IMG/VR virus record: IMGVR_UViG_3300021959_006017
Span: 124,001 to 188,000 of that record
Reading direction: 5' to 3' (one strand)
Length of the DNA stretch: 64,000 nucleotides
This document shows, one piece after another, positions 47,255 to 58,272 of this stretch (the stretch's first letter is position 1; the number at the start of each line of letters is the position of its first letter). The translations under genes and the position numbers were made by a program. Under the pieces are notes generated by a model. That model worked only from the letters and a program-made list of their open reading frames with translations. It did no database searches and had not been told where the DNA came from.

Positions 47255-47884
47255 ATGGCAAGACAAACAATTAATATTGGTACAAGTGCAAACAAAGGAG
47301 ATGGTGATCCGTTACGTACTGCATTTGATAAAATAAATGACAACTTTGCAGAACTGTATGCAGGTAACAATGTTGATCCTGCAAATACAGCTACTAACTT
47401 AGTTCCGGATACAGATGGCACAAGAGATTTAGGAAGTGTAACCCAACGTTGGGCAGACGCACACATTAAGGATTTCATTTATTTAAATGGTGCTAGGATT
47501 GAAGTTGATGGTAATGGTGTTTTACTTGTAAATGGTAGTGGAGCAAGTCAACGTGCAGATGTTGTAGGTGACATATTTGGACAAGATAGTTCAAAAACTT
47601 TCGATTCAAATACAAACACATTCTACGGTAACTTTATAGGAACAGTAGCAGCAGATGATAGTACAGTTATTGTGGACGGTGTTAACGGAGAACTATATGG
47701 TAACTTAAATGGTACTTTAGTAGGAAACGTTACAGGTAATGTTGTAGGAGATCTTACAGGAGATGTTAACTATGCACCTGCAAATGCAGCACAATGGGAT
47801 ACACCTCGTCCAACAACACTTGCAGAAGCAATAGATAAGTTAGCAACGGCGGTATATGCACTAAACGGTAACACTCCGATATAA
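47255..47884 (+). CDS. Short fibre/baseplate protein with gp9/gp10-like N-terminus
   Basis: INIGT.AN.G.GDPLR.AF.KIN.NF.ELY; G.V.ADDS repeat. Confidence 0.7.
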   Translation: MARQTINIGTSANKGDGDPLRTAFDKINDNFAELYAGNNVDPANTATNLVPDTDGTRDLGSVTQRWADAHIKDFIYLNGARIEVDGNGVLLVNGSGASQRADVVGDIFGQDSSKTFDSNTNTFYGNFIGTVAADDSTVIVDGVNGELYGNLNGTLVGNVTGNVVGDLTGDVNYAPANAAQWDTPRPTTLAEAIDKLATAVYALNGNTPI

Positions 47885-47916
47885 CGATAAATACAGTAAG
47901 TAACAGGATTTAGAGA

Positions 47917-50547
47917 ATGGCAAATAGATTTCCACTGGTAATTGATACAACAGACGGTAATAAACTTAAAGAGTTACCGGCGGGAGACAATCTCGACCTA
48001 AGAGAAAACAGTATTGTAAGAGTACAAGATGTTAATGCACTTGGTACAATTAATGCTGCTGATATCACAGTAAATGGTAACAGACTAGTTGCCCAAAACT
48101 TTATTGATCTAACAGACACACCGGCAGATTATGTTGACTCTGCAGACAAGTTTGTAAAAGTAAATGCTACTGGTGATGGACTAGAGTTTAGACCGTTTAG
48201 TGATATTGGTAACATTGAAGTTGAAGAAATAGAAGTTGGTACTAGAATAGTTCCGGCTGCACCAAACATAGTTGATATAGGTACAACAGGTCTTTATTTT
48301 AATAGAGTTGTAGCAAACGAGTTTATGGGAGATTTAATCTCCGGTACTGAAGAGAGAGTTTTTAATGCTGCTACAGGTAAGATTAGTTATGCTGCACTAG
48401 AAGGTGCTCCTACACAAGTTTCAGAATTTGAAAACGATGTTGGTTACTTACTTGCAGAAGATTTAGATAGCAGTTTATCAGGGCTTTTTGATGAAGGTGC
48501 TACATTTGATACTGACATAAGAGGATCGGTATTCGGCGATGACTCTTCTATGATAGTAGATGGTGTTGCATCTGAAGTTGTAGGCGTTGTAAATAATACA
48601 ACTATAACTACAGTTAACCTTACAGCAACAACAGCAACGTTAACCACAAGTATATCAGATCAATATATAGGACCAATAGATAACGATGTTATTATAAATG
48701 CACAAAATAACTATGATATTGTTATAGGTGAAGAAAATACAGGCAACACTATTATACACAATGCTGAAGCAGATGACTTTACATTTGAAAGCGGATTAGG
48801 TATTGCAGAACTAAATGCTGTCGCAGACTTATTATTAAAAGCAGGCAACAGAATAAGGGTAGTAGACACTCCAGTACGCTTTGCTAGATTTACAGATGCA
48901 GAAGCAGCATTAGTAGTTGCACAAAACGGTGATGTTATTTACAACACTGATCAAAATAGATTGCAGATATATCAAAATGATGCATGGATAGATTTACACA
49001 AAGGCGAGTTTGACGGTAACGTAACAACAGCAACAGGTGAATCAAACTTTAATGACGTTGTTATTGCAGGCGACTTAACTGTACAAGGTACAACTACAAG
49101 CGTTGAAACAACAAATACAACTATAAGCGACAATGTAATCGTACTTAATAACGGTGAAACAGGCGCAGGTATTACTAACACAACTGCTGGTATTGAAATA
49201 GACAGAGGTTCTGCTGCAAACGTAACTTTCGTATATGATGACAGTATTGACAAGTGGACACTTGGAACAGAAAGATTAGTAGCAGCAACATTCGAAGGCG
49301 ATTTGATAGGTAACGTAACCGGTGATGTTACAGGAGATGTTACAGGCGACTTAACAGGTGATGTTACAGGTAACGTAACTGCTAGTTCTGGAACAAGTAC
49401 ATTTACAGATGTTTCAGTTACAGGATCAATCACAGTTGATGGCGCACTTGAAGCAGCAGCATACAAAGGTACTTTTGTAGGTGACGATAGTACAATACTT
49501 GTTGACGGTGTTAACAACCAAATAACAGGTGACTTGTACGGCTCTATTAGAGGCTATAACTGGATGTACGGTGGTGATGCTATATTGTCTATTGTACACG
49601 GCGGAGCACCAGATGATGGTATTATTAGAGTTCTTGCTACAGGCGATGTGCGTATAACTTCATCAAATAGAAATGTTGACATTGAAGCAACAACTGGTGT
49701 TATTAACTTAAACAGCAACGTAAATGCAAAAACAATTACAGGTGACTTAATAGGATCAGTCTTTGGTGATGATAGTACTCCTATTATAGATGCTGTTAAC
49801 GGAACACTAAGTGGTAACTTAACTGGCAACGTAACAGGAAACGTAACTGGTAACATTGATAATACTACATTAGATATAGGTGTAGACGATGCTACTGCAA
49901 TCACAATAGGCAACAGCGGAAGTACAACTACAGTAGAAGGTACTATCCAGTTTACAAATGCATTGATTGCAAACAACTTAAAAGCAGATGATAGTATTAG
50001 TATTACTACAAACGGACTTACATCAGGCGAAGCTATTAGTATTGGCCCAGGAGGCTCAAATACATTTATTAACTTAACTGCAACAAACATTAGATTCTTT
50101 GGGAACATAACAAATAATATTAATGCTACAGCAGGTATAACAGGTGATTTAAAAGGTAGTGTTGTTGCAGATGATAGCACAGTTATTATTGACGGTGTTA
50201 GCGGAACAGTATATAAAGCAAATATTGAAGGTGCAACAAACTGGGATACAGCATACAGTTGGGGCGATCACAGTACAGTTGGTTACTTACAAGACGGTGG
50301 ATCATTTACAGGTGATGTAAAAGGTAGTGTGTTTGCAGATGACTCAAGTGTAATGGTTAACGCTGTTGACTTTACAATGACGAGTGACTTGCTTACTCTA
50401 ACACCGCTGAATGCAGAACCTACAAATCCTGTAAATGGCATGATAGCAGTAGCAGATGGTACTGGTTGGGATCCGCATACTACAGGTGTAAACACAATGA
50501 CAGTATACTTAGGCGGCGCTTGGAGACAAATAGCAAGTGCTGTATAA
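47917..50547 (+). CDS. Tail-fibre-like structural protein
   Basis: G(N/D)(V/L)TG repeats, five GSV(F/V).DDS-type units, LTV.GTTT.V.T.N..I.DN...LN..E; TAAATA at 47888. Confidence 0.7.
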   Translation: MANRFPLVIDTTDGNKLKELPAGDNLDLRENSIVRVQDVNALGTINAADITVNGNRLVAQNFIDLTDTPADYVDSADKFVKVNATGDGLEFRPFSDIGNIEVEEIEVGTRIVPAAPNIVDIGTTGLYFNRVVANEFMGDLISGTEERVFNAATGKISYAALEGAPTQVSEFENDVGYLLAEDLDSSLSGLFDEGATFDTDIRGSVFGDDSSMIVDGVASEVVGVVNNTTITTVNLTATTATLTTSISDQYIGPIDNDVIINAQNNYDIVIGEENTGNTIIHNAEADDFTFESGLGIAELNAVADLLLKAGNRIRVVDTPVRFARFTDAEAALVVAQNGDVIYNTDQNRLQIYQNDAWIDLHKGEFDGNVTTATGESNFNDVVIAGDLTVQGTTTSVETTNTTISDNVIVLNNGETGAGITNTTAGIEIDRGSAANVTFVYDDSIDKWTLGTERLVAATFEGDLIGNVTGDVTGDVTGDLTGDVTGNVTASSGTSTFTDVSVTGSITVDGALEAAAYKGTFVGDDSTILVDGVNNQITGDLYGSIRGYNWMYGGDAILSIVHGGAPDDGIIRVLATGDVRITSSNRNVDIEATTGVINLNSNVNAKTITGDLIGSVFGDDSTPIIDAVNGTLSGNLTGNVTGNVTGNIDNTTLDIGVDDATAITIGNSGSTTTVEGTIQFTNALIANNLKADDSISITTNGLTSGEAISIGPGGSNTFINLTATNIRFFGNITNNINATAGITGDLKGSVVADDSTVIIDGVSGTVYKANIEGATNWDTAYSWGDHSTVGYLQDGGSFTGDVKGSVFADDSSVMVNAVDFTMTSDLLTLTPLNAEPTNPVNGMIAVADGTGWDPHTTGVNTMTVYLGGAWRQIASAV

Positions 50548-50572
50548 TAAATATATTAAATAGGAAAAACAA

Positions 50573-52432
50573 ATGAGCGAAAGAGAATATATTGTTACGT
50601 TAAAGAAAGGTGTAGACTACACTGCATTTAATGCAGAAATGATTGCTACAACTGGCGCAGGTGACATACCAGGTAGAAGTGTTACGGTTGCTAACGCTCG
50701 TCCAGCATCACAGCGTAATACACACTATATGCTTACTGATGCAGAAGCAACAGCACTTAACAATGATGCAAGAGTAGTTGCATGCGAGTTACGTCCAGAT
50801 CTAAGAGATGACATTGAACTAGTCCGTTTCGCTCAACAGACTGGTGATTTTAGTAAGACTGAAGATACACGTGGTGAATATGTTAACTGGGGATTGCGTA
50901 GAGTTAACGAAATAAACAATCCTTACTTTGGATATAGCATTTCAGGAGGATACAACTACACACTTGACGGTACAGGTGTAGACATTGTTATCCAAGACAG
51001 TGGTTTACAAATAGATCATCCTGAGTTCCAAGATAGTTCAGGTACTACACGAGTAGTACAACAAGACTGGTATAGCGGATTCAGTGGCGGCGGATCTATG
51101 CCAACAGAACACTACACTGATTATGACGGACACGGTACTCACTGTGCAGGGATTGCAGCAGGTAAAACATATGGTTGGGCTAAAAATGCACGTATCTATG
51201 CTGTAAAAGTTAATGGCTTACAAGGAGCGAGTGATCCTAACAGCGGTATTCCAATCACAAATGTTTTTGATGTTATTAAAGAATGGCATGCAGCTAAAGC
51301 AGTTGACCCTGTTACTGGCGCAAAACGTCCGACTATTGTTAATATGAGTTGGGGATACACGTCTGCTTTTGCAAACATCACTGGAGGAGAATATAGAGGA
51401 ACTCCTTGGACAGGCACTGCTAGAGATACTGCTAAAGGTATGGTAGGAAATTTAGTTAGCGGACTTTATAGATATCCTACAAGAGTTGCTTCTGTAGATA
51501 CAGATGTTGAAGAACTAATCGATGCAGGAGTACATGTTTGTATTGCCGCAGGTAACTACAAACAAAAGATTGATGTAGATGGTGGCGCTGACTATGACAA
51601 CTACTTTACAAGTAGCCTATACGGAACAAGATACTATCATAGAGGAGGATCACCGTATGGCCAAGAAGCATTTATTGTAGGCAATATTGATACTGATCTT
51701 GCAAGCAATGGTAGAGAACAAAAAGCAACTAGTTCAGAAACAGGCCCGGGTGTAAATGCATGGGCTCCGGGGACTAGAATCTTTAGTAGTTTAAGTACAA
51801 CTACAGCATATACTAGTGGACCATATCCACTAGACAGCGATTTTAATATTGGTAGCTTAGGTGGTACTTCAATGGCTTCTCCACAAGTAGCAGGTGTACT
51901 TGCATTATGGTTGCAAGTAAATCCAGGTGCAACTCCTGCACAAGCTCTTAGTTATTTTAAAAGTAGCTCTAAAACAGATAGAGTATATCAAACAGCAAAC
52001 AACGATACAGACTACACAGACAATAGAAGTTTATTAGGTTCTAGTAACAGATTTCTTTGGAATAAGTTTAACCGTAAAACTCAACTTTCTATCGGAAGTG
52101 TATTTACAGAAGCAGAAACAGATACTAGTATAATAAAAACTTACTCTTTGGCTTCGAGTGCAGCAAGTGTAAATGAAGGTGATAGTTTTACTATTACTTT
52201 AACTACAACAAATGTTCCAGATGATACTGTTATAAACTACGGTATTACTGGTGTTTCTAGCGGAGATATCGGCGTACCACTAGACGGAACATTTACTGTA
52301 TCATCTGACTCAGCAACAGCAGATTTTACAGTGTCAGCTGACACAACACTAGAAGGTGCAGAAACTTTTACTATGACATTAGAAGGCATAAATGTTTCAG
52401 TTAGTGTAACTATAAATGATACTAGTACATAA
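50573..52432 (+). CDS. Subtilisin-like S8 serine protease with C-terminal Ig/Calx-beta-like domain
   Basis: Catalytic motifs VI.DSG, HGTHCAG, AAGN and GTSMASPQVAG. Confidence 0.92.
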   Translation: MSEREYIVTLKKGVDYTAFNAEMIATTGAGDIPGRSVTVANARPASQRNTHYMLTDAEATALNNDARVVACELRPDLRDDIELVRFAQQTGDFSKTEDTRGEYVNWGLRRVNEINNPYFGYSISGGYNYTLDGTGVDIVIQDSGLQIDHPEFQDSSGTTRVVQQDWYSGFSGGGSMPTEHYTDYDGHGTHCAGIAAGKTYGWAKNARIYAVKVNGLQGASDPNSGIPITNVFDVIKEWHAAKAVDPVTGAKRPTIVNMSWGYTSAFANITGGEYRGTPWTGTARDTAKGMVGNLVSGLYRYPTRVASVDTDVEELIDAGVHVCIAAGNYKQKIDVDGGADYDNYFTSSLYGTRYYHRGGSPYGQEAFIVGNIDTDLASNGREQKATSSETGPGVNAWAPGTRIFSSLSTTTAYTSGPYPLDSDFNIGSLGGTSMASPQVAGVLALWLQVNPGATPAQALSYFKSSSKTDRVYQTANNDTDYTDNRSLLGSSNRFLWNKFNRKTQLSIGSVFTEAETDTSIIKTYSLASSAASVNEGDSFTITLTTTNVPDDTVINYGITGVSSGDIGVPLDGTFTVSSDSATADFTVSADTTLEGAETFTMTLEGINVSVSVTINDTST

Positions 52433-52441
52433 GGATTAATA

Positions 52442-53140
52442 ATGGCAGTACAACTAATAAACATAGGTAATGTTGCAAATGATGGTACAGGTGATGATCT
52501 AAGAGAAGCATTTATCAAAGTAAACCAAAACTTTGAAGAGCTTGATCTAAGAGATGACGAAAAAACTACAGGTAGTAATCTTGGGCCAGACGGCGAAGGT
52601 CTTTTTGCAAATAGAATCAACTATGATCTACAGTTTAAAAAAATCGTAGGCGGAGATAACATTACACTTACTGCTACAGATAATAATATTACTATAAGTA
52701 GTGAAAGCACACTTACAATAGCAAGTGATTCTGGAGATACTGACTTAGTTGGATCTACTACTTTGAATATTTTAGGCGGAGACGGAATAAGCACATCTGC
52801 TACAGATAATACTCTTACAATCACAAATGATTATAATGCAGAACTAGTAGAAGATCTTACACCCCAACTAGGTGGCAATCTAGATGCACAAGGGTTCAAC
52901 CTTACAAATGTTGGAAATATAGATGCAGCACAAGTATCTGGTTCGTTTGTAGGTAACTTAACAGGACTAGTACACGGTTACGATATGAGAGATTGGGCAA
53001 GCTGGAACGAAGGTTGGGACTTTGGTGCTGTTTCAGAAGATTATACTAGTGCTATACAGTTTATCGTTGCAAACACAGCCGTTGATTTCGGTAGCTTTAG
53101 TGCTCCAGCAGTAGGTAATGTAGATTTAGGAAGTATTTGA
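52442..53140 (+). CDS. Fibre/baseplate protein with gp9/gp10-like N-terminus
   Basis: INIGNVANDGTGDDLREAF.KVNQNF; D.TPQLGGNLD fibre motif. Confidence 0.7.
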   Translation: MAVQLINIGNVANDGTGDDLREAFIKVNQNFEELDLRDDEKTTGSNLGPDGEGLFANRINYDLQFKKIVGGDNITLTATDNNITISSESTLTIASDSGDTDLVGSTTLNILGGDGISTSATDNTLTITNDYNAELVEDLTPQLGGNLDAQGFNLTNVGNIDAAQVSGSFVGNLTGLVHGYDMRDWASWNEGWDFGAVSEDYTSAIQFIVANTAVDFGSFSAPAVGNVDLGSI

Positions 53141-53173
53141 TTCCGATAAATACTACTGTAGAAGGAATCACGT

Positions 53174-56100
53174 ATGGCCAATCCCGATAGTTTATGGAGT
53201 ATCCAAACAGGTAAAAAGATTGCAACACTGATCGAAAGATCTAATGTTAATCTTTTACTCCCGTTAAATGTAAATATCCCAAGTACAGTTAAAATTATAA
53301 CAGGATCCTTGCCTGCCGGGTTAAGATTATCAGCAGACGGAAAGTTTATTGAAGGCACAGTTTACGAAGTAGCTTATAATACTACAAGTAAGTTTGTATT
53401 AAGGGCAGAATATCAAGGTCAGTTTGAAGATAGAACTGTACAGATAGATGTAAGCGGACCTGATGACCCTGTATGGCAAACAAACGAAGGGTTATTACCA
53501 GTAGGAAGTAATCAATCTTTGTTTATACTTGATAACGAGCAAGTTGACTTTCAACTACAAGCAACAGATACTGATCTAAGTGCAGGCGATATTTTAGAAT
53601 ATTTTATAGCAGAAGGAGACGGCGAGCTTCCTCCAGGCATTACGCTATCTTTAGATGGAAAACTTACAGGTATAGTAGAACCTCTATTAAGTTTAGATAA
53701 AAGGTATCAAGCAGGAGGCTATGACGGTGCGCCGTATGGAGCACTTCCTGCAGATTATGGCACAATATCTTCAAATGGTTATGGTAGTTTCTTTTACGAT
53801 ACTGTAGATTTTGATTACAACGAACCAGTTGTTAATCCTAGAAAACTTAATAGATTTTATCCTTTTAGAGTAACTGTTACAGACGGCGAAAACTTTGTTA
53901 AACGAGAGTTTAAAATATATCTTGTCGGCGATGATTATTTAAAAGCAGATAACACTATTATGCAAGCAGGAACAGGAGTGTTTACTGCTGATACAACTAA
54001 TGTTAGAACTCCAGTTTGGCTTACACCTAGAGACTTAGGATTTAAACGTGCTAATAACTATACTACAATCAACTTAGATATTATTGATAATCCAAACTTA
54101 GAAGGTGTAGTAACATATACATTAGATAGTACAAACGATGACGGTACTCCTAGCATATTACCTCCAGGGACTTCACTAGATAGTCAAAGCGGAGAAATAG
54201 TTGGTCGTATTCCGTACCAACCAGCAATAACAAAAGATTATAAGTTTACTGTTAGAGCAACAAGAATAACAACAGATTTAGATACTGTTTCTATTAATGC
54301 CAACTACTATGAAGATACTTTGTTAGGTAAAGATAACTTTAAAATTTATAAAATAGATTTAACTGGCGATATCGACGGTATAAACGATTTATTAGAGCTT
54401 ATTGGTAGAGACATACTTTTAGAAAATAGAACGTATAGAGTAACCAACGTTGATGCTAGAAATACTGATTATGACATTATTTTCTTAGATAGTACTTTAT
54501 CTCCTAGCATCAGTTTAATAACTAGCAGAACTGCACTTAAAAATCAAGATGCTGTTTTTGTTAATAGATTAAACGAATCTCAAAAAGAAAAGTACAGAGG
54601 ACGTACTATACGTCTTAGTGACAGTGAAGCATATGTTATAAATGATATTGTTCCTTATATAGAATGGGACATTCAACAAGTAACCCCGGGTAATGATCAA
54701 ATATATCCGAACGGATCTCCAAGAAGAATGGAAGCAGGAACAAACTATTTCTTAGGAGATCTTGTCATTTACGGAACAGAAGTAGGTGGCAATGATAGAG
54801 TTTACAGGGCAACATTTACTCATAACTTAGAAGCTCAAACTGATCCTGTAACAGAAGTTCCAATCACAGTAGATGGTGTTGTACAAGTTGTCTTTAATCC
54901 TGCTAACTGGACTGAAGTAGTTGAAAACCCAGATGATCTATCACTGTCTGATAGAGTTCTTGCACTTAAACAATCTTTAGAAGCAGCATACGGACACACA
55001 GCATATGTAGATGTATTTAATCAGCAAAACTGGAGATTACGCATTCCTAGTACAAGTTTAAGTAGAATCGCAAAAAATATTGAGCAGTTCTTCTTACTAG
55101 GCGATGATAGTACAAGAATGAAAATCACTACAGTTAGAGATAATGAAGACAGAATAAAGTTTGATGTAAATCTTTCTACACAATTTAACCAAGGACGAAA
55201 CATAGGTATTGCACTATTTAGAAATGAAGGATTTGTAGAAAATGTTATTGTTGCAGCAAATGACGAAGTAGATATTCCAAGCACATCTAAAACTTTTGAG
55301 ATTAAAGTTATAGGAGAAATAGACAGTAATATATCTTGGATAACAGCAGCAGATCTTGGAACTATACGTGCAAACTTCAACAGCTACTTAAAAGTAGTAG
55401 CAGAAACTACAGTTCCAGATAGTCCTATGATTTATACATTAAAGTCGGGTAAACTTCCTTTTGGTATGCAACTAAGTTATAACGGAGATATTACCGGTAA
55501 TCCTAGACAATACCAAACTAGCGAAGGACTTGGTCTTACAATATTTGATAATAAGGCAGTAACATTCGATGGCTTTATTCCGGGCGATACTTCCTTTGAC
55601 AGAAGATATAACTTTACTATTGAAGCTCGTGATAGATTTGGATATACAGCAATAGAAAGAGAGTTTACACTTTTAGTTGAAGATTTAGACAATACTGTGT
55701 ATACAGACATATATGCAAAACCGTTAATCCCTGCAGAACAAAGAACTGCATTTAGAAACTTTACTAGTAATCCGGACATATTTCCACCAAATAGCATTTA
55801 TCGTCCAAACGATCCTTCGTTCGGTGTTAAAACAAGTTTAGAAATGCTAGTATATGCAGGTATAGAAGCAAAAACTATTGAAAACTTTGTAGCGGCAGCA
55901 GCTAAAAACCATAAAAGAAAAACTTACGCAGTTGGTGAGATAAAAAGTGCTAAAGCTATTGAACCAGGAACTACCGACACTGTTTATGAAGTTGTATACT
56001 TAGAAGTTGTAGATCCTAGTCAGCCTACTACAGGAAAAACAAGAAAAAGTTTTAGCATAGAAAACAAAAAGAAACTTACTGTTGACAGTATACAGTATGC

Positions 56101-56704
56101 TCTTAAAGATGACGAAACTAGAACTGGTGCAGGTTATGAACTATTACCAGTGTATGGTAGAGCTCAAGTAAGATTTATTTACGCTGAAGACGGAAAGATA
56201 ATAGTAGAAACTAGAGATAGTGATGTACTACTCGATGTTGACAATGCAGATTTTGAACTTGATTTAAGAGTAGGCGAAGATGCAGTTATAAGATTACAAC
56301 AATCAGATTCAGAACCTTATAGATTCCGTCCAGATACTAATACAATAAAAACAGACAGTGATGCAATCAAAGTAAGTCAAAGCAATGATAATGTGAGATA
56401 TATATCTAACATAGACAATATGCGAGACAATATAAAAGCAATAGGAAAAAATGAAAGAAACTATTTACCACTATGGATGCGTACATCACAAGAAGGGTTT
56501 CAAGAGCTTGATTATGTAACTGCTATTCCTATTTGTTATGTTAAACCGGGTGAAGCAGAAAACGTAATAGATAATATAACCAATAGTGGATTTGATTTTA
56601 GACAGTTTAATATTGATATTGATCGTTATATTGTTAAAAGAACTGACGATTATGAAACTGAACAATACATTCTTTTTGCAAACTATGCATACAATGTAGG
56701 ATAA
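53174..56704 (+). CDS. Baseplate wedge-like structural protein with putative Ig domains
   Basis: Repeated G.LP.G..L...G...G units; C-terminal LPLWMRT.Q and F....IDRY; TAAATA at 53147. Confidence 0.6.
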   Translation: MANPDSLWSIQTGKKIATLIERSNVNLLLPLNVNIPSTVKIITGSLPAGLRLSADGKFIEGTVYEVAYNTTSKFVLRAEYQGQFEDRTVQIDVSGPDDPVWQTNEGLLPVGSNQSLFILDNEQVDFQLQATDTDLSAGDILEYFIAEGDGELPPGITLSLDGKLTGIVEPLLSLDKRYQAGGYDGAPYGALPADYGTISSNGYGSFFYDTVDFDYNEPVVNPRKLNRFYPFRVTVTDGENFVKREFKIYLVGDDYLKADNTIMQAGTGVFTADTTNVRTPVWLTPRDLGFKRANNYTTINLDIIDNPNLEGVVTYTLDSTNDDGTPSILPPGTSLDSQSGEIVGRIPYQPAITKDYKFTVRATRITTDLDTVSINANYYEDTLLGKDNFKIYKIDLTGDIDGINDLLELIGRDILLENRTYRVTNVDARNTDYDIIFLDSTLSPSISLITSRTALKNQDAVFVNRLNESQKEKYRGRTIRLSDSEAYVINDIVPYIEWDIQQVTPGNDQIYPNGSPRRMEAGTNYFLGDLVIYGTEVGGNDRVYRATFTHNLEAQTDPVTEVPITVDGVVQVVFNPANWTEVVENPDDLSLSDRVLALKQSLEAAYGHTAYVDVFNQQNWRLRIPSTSLSRIAKNIEQFFLLGDDSTRMKITTVRDNEDRIKFDVNLSTQFNQGRNIGIALFRNEGFVENVIVAANDEVDIPSTSKTFEIKVIGEIDSNISWITAADLGTIRANFNSYLKVVAETTVPDSPMIYTLKSGKLPFGMQLSYNGDITGNPRQYQTSEGLGLTIFDNKAVTFDGFIPGDTSFDRRYNFTIEARDRFGYTAIEREFTLLVEDLDNTVYTDIYAKPLIPAEQRTAFRNFTSNPDIFPPNSIYRPNDPSFGVKTSLEMLVYAGIEAKTIENFVAAAAKNHKRKTYAVGEIKSAKAIEPGTTDTVYEVVYLEVVDPSQPTTGKTRKSFSIENKKKLTVDSIQYALKDDETRTGAGYELLPVYGRAQVRFIYAEDGKIIVETRDSDVLLDVDNADFELDLRVGEDAVIRLQQSDSEPYRFRPDTNTIKTDSDAIKVSQSNDNVRYISNIDNMRDNIKAIGKNERNYLPLWMRTSQEGFQELDYVTAIPICYVKPGEAENVIDNITNSGFDFRQFNIDIDRYIVKRTDDYETEQYILFANYAYNVG

Positions 56705-56730
56705 ATATGTGTAAGGATATGGAATAAACA

Positions 56731-58242
56731 ATGAGTGGTATATTAGGAACACACGATTTAACAGGCGGCGTTACACAGTCAATTTACGCTTGTGACACTG
56801 ATCAGTTTACAACTGCAAACATTAGTCTTTGTAATAGGCATAATGTTGCTGTTAAAGTAACACTTGCAATCACAGATGCAGAAAATGCATTTGATGATGC
56901 ACGTTATATAGAATACGAAACTGAACTAAAACCTAAAGGTGTTTTAGAACGCACAGCGGTTATTGTTCCAGTTGGAAAGTTTATTACAGTATTAAGTACA
57001 CACAATGCAGTTTCAGCAGCAGCATGGGGTATAAGAGCAGGTAATACTGTTTCAGTAAGTGCTATTACAGATGCAACAGATGCAGTAGCACCTACATTTA
57101 TTGTAAACACAGTGGCATTTTTACCGGGCGCATTAACAAATACCCAACTTGAAACTAACGAGATAGGTGCAGTAACTTTTGAACTGACAGCAGGAACACT
57201 TCCTACAGGACTATCACTTACTTCAGATGGAGTAGTCACAGGAACAACTGATGCAGCTGATTACGGAATATACGCTGTTACAATAACAGCGACTGATCAA
57301 AGTGGAAATAGCACAGCTAACACTGTTAGTATAGGACCTGGGTTGAAAGGTGTTGCAACTTCAGGAGATTTATCTCACATCTTTTTAGGATCTGGATCAA
57401 CTCCTGGTGTAATTTCAGCAGAGCATAATCCTACTCTTTCTGGTTACGGTTATGATGATATTACATGGATACCAGATACTAATATTACTTGTGATATTTA
57501 CTGTTGGGGCGCAGGCGGCGGCGGCACTAGAAGAACTGCTGCTATAACAGGAGGACCCGGTGGCTTTTCAAGTGGTAGATATACATTTACCAGCGGCACA
57601 ACTTATAAAATTGTTGTCGGGGGTGCAGGCGAAGCAGGAGACGAAACGCCTGCTACTAATACTATATATAATGGAGCAGCAACGGGCGGCGGAACAGCAG
57701 GCGGAAACTCTAGCGCCGATTCCGACGGCGGTGGTGGTGGAGGATATACAGGTATATTTGAAACTAGTGTAGCAGTTGGTAATGCTATTATTATTGCAGG
57801 AGCCGGAGGCGGCGGAACAGGAGACACCGCCTATGGTGGTGGTGGTGGTGGCAACACCGGCGGAGATGGTTCTAACGGAGCTAGAGGCGGCGACGGCGGC
57901 ACCCAAAGTGCTGGTGGTGCGCAAGGTACTGATGGTACAGCGGGCACAGCAGGCGCGGCACTATTAGGCGGCAATGGCGGATCTGGTGGCGGAACATCAG
58001 AAGGTGCTGGCGGTGGCGGTGGCTACTATGGCGGTGGTGGTGGCGGATCGACAGGTCCAGGCGCCGGCGGCGGTGGATCTGGATATATCGGCGGTACTGG
58101 GCTCACTAATGGTGTAACTACACAATCTGGAACCAACACAACACCTGCACAGTCAAGCAATGCCTTTTATATAGATGGTGTAGCAGTAGGCGGCAACCAA
58201 AACAGAGGCGGCGGCGGTCTTATAGTTCTTGTAGAAGTATAA
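56731..58242 (+). CDS. Virion protein with Ig domain and glycine-rich C-terminal domain
   Basis: GTLPTGLSL..G..TG; WGAGGGG, GGGGGY.GGG and GGGGSGY. Confidence 0.7.
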   Translation: MSGILGTHDLTGGVTQSIYACDTDQFTTANISLCNRHNVAVKVTLAITDAENAFDDARYIEYETELKPKGVLERTAVIVPVGKFITVLSTHNAVSAAAWGIRAGNTVSVSAITDATDAVAPTFIVNTVAFLPGALTNTQLETNEIGAVTFELTAGTLPTGLSLTSDGVVTGTTDAADYGIYAVTITATDQSGNSTANTVSIGPGLKGVATSGDLSHIFLGSGSTPGVISAEHNPTLSGYGYDDITWIPDTNITCDIYCWGAGGGGTRRTAAITGGPGGFSSGRYTFTSGTTYKIVVGGAGEAGDETPATNTIYNGAATGGGTAGGNSSADSDGGGGGGYTGIFETSVAVGNAIIIAGAGGGGTGDTAYGGGGGGNTGGDGSNGARGGDGGTQSAGGAQGTDGTAGTAGAALLGGNGGSGGGTSEGAGGGGGYYGGGGGGSTGPGAGGGGSGYIGGTGLTNGVTTQSGTNTTPAQSSNAFYIDGVAVGGNQNRGGGGLIVLVEV

Positions 58243-58272
58243 TTTAACTAAATGAAAATGTAAGGATAAAAT

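Noticed and set aside
49300-49380. Short tandem GGTGATGTTACA-like repeats
   Set aside because: They encode GDVT/GNVT fibre repeats; no spacers, so not CRISPR.
38318-56704. Numerous antisense ORFs of 60-200 aa within structural genes
   Set aside because: Expected from codon bias leaving the opposite strand open; no RBS or promoter support, and low-complexity translations.
57500-58220. GC-rich GGC/GGT tandem runs that look like a repeat array or foreign DNA
   Set aside because: Explained by glycine codons in the Gly-rich domain of the 56731 protein.
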